Positions 51,481 to 54,553 of a DNA stretch of 54,553 nt are shown one piece after another. The position numbers and the translations under genes were made by a program. The stretch covers positions 1 to 54,553 of the forward strand of contig JBEARJ010000003.1 in the NCBI GenBank assembly GCA_041163285.1. The letters are read 5' to 3'. This DNA is from Actinomycetota bacterium. GTDB lineage: Bacteria; Actinomycetota; Actinomycetes; Nanopelagicales; Nanopelagicaceae. Positions within the stretch are counted from its first letter, which is position 1; every line of letters begins with the position of its first letter. The notes below the pieces were generated by a model. It had not been told where the DNA came from and searched no databases. It worked only from the letters and a program-made list of their open reading frames with translations.

Positions 51481-52242
51481 CTAAGAGAGGCTCGCCATTA
51501 CCTCTTCAGAAAGATCAAAATTGCCGTAGACATTCTGGACGTCATCAAGGTCCTCAATGGCATCGATCAATTCGAATACGGATTTAGCAGTCTCGCCATC
51601 AACACTCACTGAAACCGTTGGCAGAAATGAGATGTCAGCTGATTCATACTCAATACCCCCGACCTTAAGTGAATCTCTCGCCGCTGCTAGATGAGTTGGG
51701 GCAGTAACGATCTCGAAATTATCACCTAAATCATTTACCTCTTCGGCGCCTGCCTCTAGAACTAGCTCAAGTAGTTCATCCTCAGTTAGAGTTTTTTTCT
51801 CTTGCAACTTCTTTACCAGGACTACACCTTTTCGATTAAACATGTAAGCGACCGAACCTGGATCAGCGATTGTCCCACCATTCCTAGTAACAGCAACGCG
51901 CACTTCAGAGGCAATTCGATTTCGGTTGTCGGAGAGGCATTCAATTAGGAATGCTACCCCGCCTGGCCCATAGCCTTCATACATGATTGTTTCGTATTGA
52001 GCTTCTCCGCCTTCGCCCCCCGCTGCACGTTTTAGGGCCCTATCAATATTGTCACTTGGCACCGAATTCTTCTTCGCTTTTGCAATAGCATCAAAGAGCG
52101 TTGGATTTCCGGCAGGATCTGCTCCCCCATTCCTTGCTGCTACTTCAATTGCTTTTATATGTTTGGCAAATGCCTTTGAACGTTTCGAATCAATAAGTGC
52201 CTTTTTTCTCTTGATAGTTGCCCATTTGGAATGGCCTGACAT
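51481..52242 (-). CDS. YebC/PmpR family DNA-binding transcriptional regulator
   Basis: [15 protein letters not shown]-terminus; 253 aa. Confidence 0.9.
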   Translation of the reverse strand: MSGHSKWATIKRKKALIDSKRSKAFAKHIKAIEVAARNGGADPAGNPTLFDAIAKAKKNSVPSDNIDRALKRAAGGEGGEAQYETIMYEGYGPGGVAFLIECLSDNRNRIASEVRVAVTRNGGTIADPGSVAYMFNRKGVVLVKKLQEKKTLTEDELLELVLEAGAEEVNDLGDNFEIVTAPTHLAAARDSLKVGGIEYESADISFLPTVSVSVDGETAKSVFELIDAIEDLDDVQNVYGNFDLSEEVMASLS

Positions 52243-52838
52243 TACGCGCCTACCTTCTGAGCACTTCTACAAATCTCTTCCACGAAATAGCGGTGGATAC
52301 GATTATCGCTTATGAGTTCCGGATGAAATGAGGTCGCCAGAATGTTTCCACTTCGCACCGCGACTGGATGTCCATTTACTTCAGCAAGTACCTCAACTTT
52401 CGCTCCATATTCTTCTATCCAAGGCGCTCTGATGAATACAGCTCGGAAATTAGGACCAGTTAAACCTTTAAATTCAAGATCGCTCTCAAAAGAATCGACC
52501 TGCCGGCCAAACGCATTCCGTCGCGAAGTTATATCTAGACCACCAAAGGTTTCTTGTCCTTCGATTGCGTCTAGAACTCGATCCGAGAGCAGAATCAAAC
52601 CCGCGCATGACCCATATACCGGCATACCGGATTGGATCCTTTTCTGTATCGTTTCAAAGAGTCCAAAGGCTCGCGCCAATTTGCTAATGGTTGTCGACTC
52701 GCCACCGGGTATTACTAACGCTTCCACCTTTTCAATTTCTGTAGCAGTTCGGACCTCCACTGCGGTAACGCCACATTCTAGGAGCGCCTTTATGTGCTCC
52801 CGAACATCACCTTGGAGCGCCAAGACTCCAATCAACAT
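52242..52838 (-). CDS. pdxT: pyridoxal 5'-phosphate synthase glutaminase subunit PdxT
   Basis: [12 protein letters not shown] and GSCAG active-site Cys; 198 aa. Confidence 0.9.
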   Translation of the reverse strand: MLIGVLALQGDVREHIKALLECGVTAVEVRTATEIEKVEALVIPGGESTTISKLARAFGLFETIQKRIQSGMPVYGSCAGLILLSDRVLDAIEGQETFGGLDITSRRNAFGRQVDSFESDLEFKGLTGPNFRAVFIRAPWIEEYGAKVEVLAEVNGHPVAVRSGNILATSFHPELISDNRIHRYFVEEICRSAQKVGA

Positions 52839-52843
52839 GCGTG

Positions 52844-53737
52844 TTACCAGCCTCGTTCTGCTAATCGATGCGGCACTGGAATATCGGCGACATTAATTCC
52901 GACCATGGCTTCGCCGAGTCCGCGGGATTGGTCGGCAACAACTTTAGGATCACTATAAAAAGTAACCGCTTTGACTATCGCAGCTGCACGTTTGGCGGGA
53001 TCTCCGCTCTTGAAAATTCCTGAGCCAACGAAGACTCCATCAGCGCCTAATTGCATCATCATGGCTGCATCGGCTGGAGTAGCAATACCGCCGGCTGTAA
53101 ATAGGACGACTGGTAACTTGCCAGATTGGGCAACTTCTTTCACTAGCTCGTAAGGAGCTTGTAATTCTTTTGCGGCAACATATAACTCGTCCTCGCGCAT
53201 CGCCGAGAGCTTACGGATCTCTCCGGAAATTGAACGCATGTGCGTGGTGGCATTTGAAACGTCACCCGTTCCCGCTTCACCTTTAGATCGAATCATGGCA
53301 GCACCCTCATTGATTCTTCGTAGCGCTTCGCCAAGGTTTGTAGCTCCACATACAAAAGGAACTGTGAAGTTCCACTTATCTATATGGTGCGTGTAGTCCG
53401 CAGGGGTAAGAACTTCTGACTCATCTATGTAGTCAACGTCGATAGCTTGAAGGATTTGTGCTTCGACAAAATGTCCGATCCGGGCCTTCGCCATTACTGG
53501 AATCGAAACAGATTCTTGAATTTCGGCGATCATGTCGGGATCTGACATCCGTGCGACGCCGCCTTGAGCACGAATATCGGCGGGGACGCGTTCGAGCGCC
53601 ATTACAGCTACAGCGCCAGCGTCCTCAGCAATCTTCGCTTGTTCTGCATTGACGACGTCCATGATTACGCCGCCTTTGAGCATTTCGGCCATGCCGCGCT
53701 TAACGCGCGAAGTTCCGGTTACGTGAGTCTCAGCCAT
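52844..53737 (-). CDS. pdxS: pyridoxal 5'-phosphate synthase lyase subunit PdxS
   Basis: [17 protein letters not shown] and GEAGTG motifs; 297 aa. Confidence 0.95.
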   Translation of the reverse strand: MAETHVTGTSRVKRGMAEMLKGGVIMDVVNAEQAKIAEDAGAVAVMALERVPADIRAQGGVARMSDPDMIAEIQESVSIPVMAKARIGHFVEAQILQAIDVDYIDESEVLTPADYTHHIDKWNFTVPFVCGATNLGEALRRINEGAAMIRSKGEAGTGDVSNATTHMRSISGEIRKLSAMREDELYVAAKELQAPYELVKEVAQSGKLPVVLFTAGGIATPADAAMMMQLGADGVFVGSGIFKSGDPAKRAAAIVKAVTFYSDPKVVADQSRGLGEAMVGINVADIPVPHRLAERGW

Positions 53738-53779
53738 GCGGGAATTCTACTTAGTTTCGCCAATCAAGCGAGTTTGGGC

Positions 53780-54553
53780 CTAATTCTCAGTGGCTTCCAG
53801 AGCGACCGGGTAGGTAATTACTGGCTTCCTATCGGTGAGAAATATCCAAACTTGGCCAGTAGCGAAATATGCAGCTTCGCCATCGGGAAGAACCCAAGAT
53901 GTGGGTGATTCGGCGCTTTCACGATTCCAGGTCACTTCAGTAACTGAACCGTCACGAAGTAAATAAGCCGTGCCGCTTCCCACAACCTTTGTCTTCGGAG
54001 TTATCCCACCAAATTTATCACCGTACTCCGATGGCGATATATCAACCAACTGAATGATCATCATATTCGATCCGAGTTGCAAGCCAGATTTTGCAAAATT
54101 TGGAGCGCCATTAAAATTCAAAATGAATTTGCTTTGCTCCTCATTCCATATGGCTTCATAGGAAGCACTGGGCCAGTTAATTTTTGCGCTCGATATTGGT
54201 TCTGCAAAGTCGCTGATATCACCATGGTTCCACCCAATAGTTGAGACAGAATCTACTTCATTAGCTTTTTCTAATAACAATGGTATGCGGACCATCATGG
54301 CATAAGGTGCAATCCGACTTGGATCATTGAAGTAAATGCTCGGAGGATTTCGTTCTGCACTGAGATTAACAAGATCTGCATTTGCTAATACGGGACGCAG
54401 CTTGCTCTGTGCGCCGCTATAAATGAAACCAACTTTTCCGAACTGCGCCAAAATATCAATATCTGATATTCGAGCTGAACGTACTGGTCCAACTCTCTCT
54501 GGGTAATTGGAACTATAAATACCCATCAAACGAGTTAATCCAGCCTCAACTTG
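53780..54553 (-). CDS. DUF3048 domain-containing protein (YerB-like), partial. The 5' end lies beyond the window edge
   Basis: The reading frame stays open to position 54553 (QVEAGLTRLMGIY...) and carries the GPVRSAR motif. Confidence 0.6.
   Translation of the reverse strand, partial: QVEAGLTRLMGIYSSNYPERVGPVRSARISDIDILAQFGKVGFIYSGAQSKLRPVLANADLVNLSAERNPPSIYFNDPSRIAPYAMMVRIPLLLEKANEVDSVSTIGWNHGDISDFAEPISSAKINWPSASYEAIWNEEQSKFILNFNGAPNFAKSGLQLGSNMMIIQLVDISPSEYGDKFGGITPKTKVVGSGTAYLLRDGSVTEVTWNRESAESPTSWVLPDGEAAYFATGQVWIFLTDRKPVITYPVALEATEN

Noticed and set aside
1-54553. CRISPR arrays, tandem or interspersed repeats, rRNA genes, and riboswitches or T-boxes ahead of metK, alaS, aspS and hisS.
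   Set aside because: Reading both strands showed no repeat-spacer periodicity or long direct repeats. The genes listed have essentially no leader space (0-40 nt) because they are translationally coupled to upstream genes.

Overview
This 54.5-kb window is a very compact, strongly co-oriented core-chromosome segment: 49 of about 58 CDS lie on the minus strand. Protein signatures and gene order point to Actinomycetota. The order is rsmB-fmt-def-priA-metK-coaBC-rpoZ-gmk-mihF-pyrF...pyrR / bldD / nusB-efp-aro genes-mltG-ruvX-alaS ... aspS-hisS ... rel-secF-secD-ruvBAC-yebC-pdxTS. Judged by eye (not computed), the GC content is moderate to low and the spacers are tiny, which suggests a streamlined lineage such as freshwater acI/Nanopelagicales; that guess is low confidence. 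The left 10 kb is less syntenic and holds a nucleotide-salvage cluster (apt, tdk, purine permease, ung) plus ACT/serB, hisGE and rpe.

I found no integrase, transposase, CRISPR array, toxin-antitoxin pair or recognisable defence genes, so I cannot support a claim of a novel multi-gene system here. The observations most worth a second look are:
1. aroE has its canonical N-terminus in a different reading frame from the gene body and lacks the HSxSP segment.
2. A 64-nt 5' fragment of tRNA-Leu(GAG) abuts an N-terminally clipped apt, and apt is missing from its usual secF-apt-relA slot.
3. A BldD ortholog carries an intact c-di-GMP RXD-X8-RXXD signature.
4. The SerB ACT and HAD domains are split into two ORFs that overlap at TTGA.
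5. A PyrR-binding hairpin sequesters the pyrR Shine-Dalgarno sequence.
6. Four of the five convergent gene pairs share a 4-nt CTAA/TTAG stop-stop overlap with no terminator.

All calls come from reading the translated ORFs and the DNA by eye. No searches were run.
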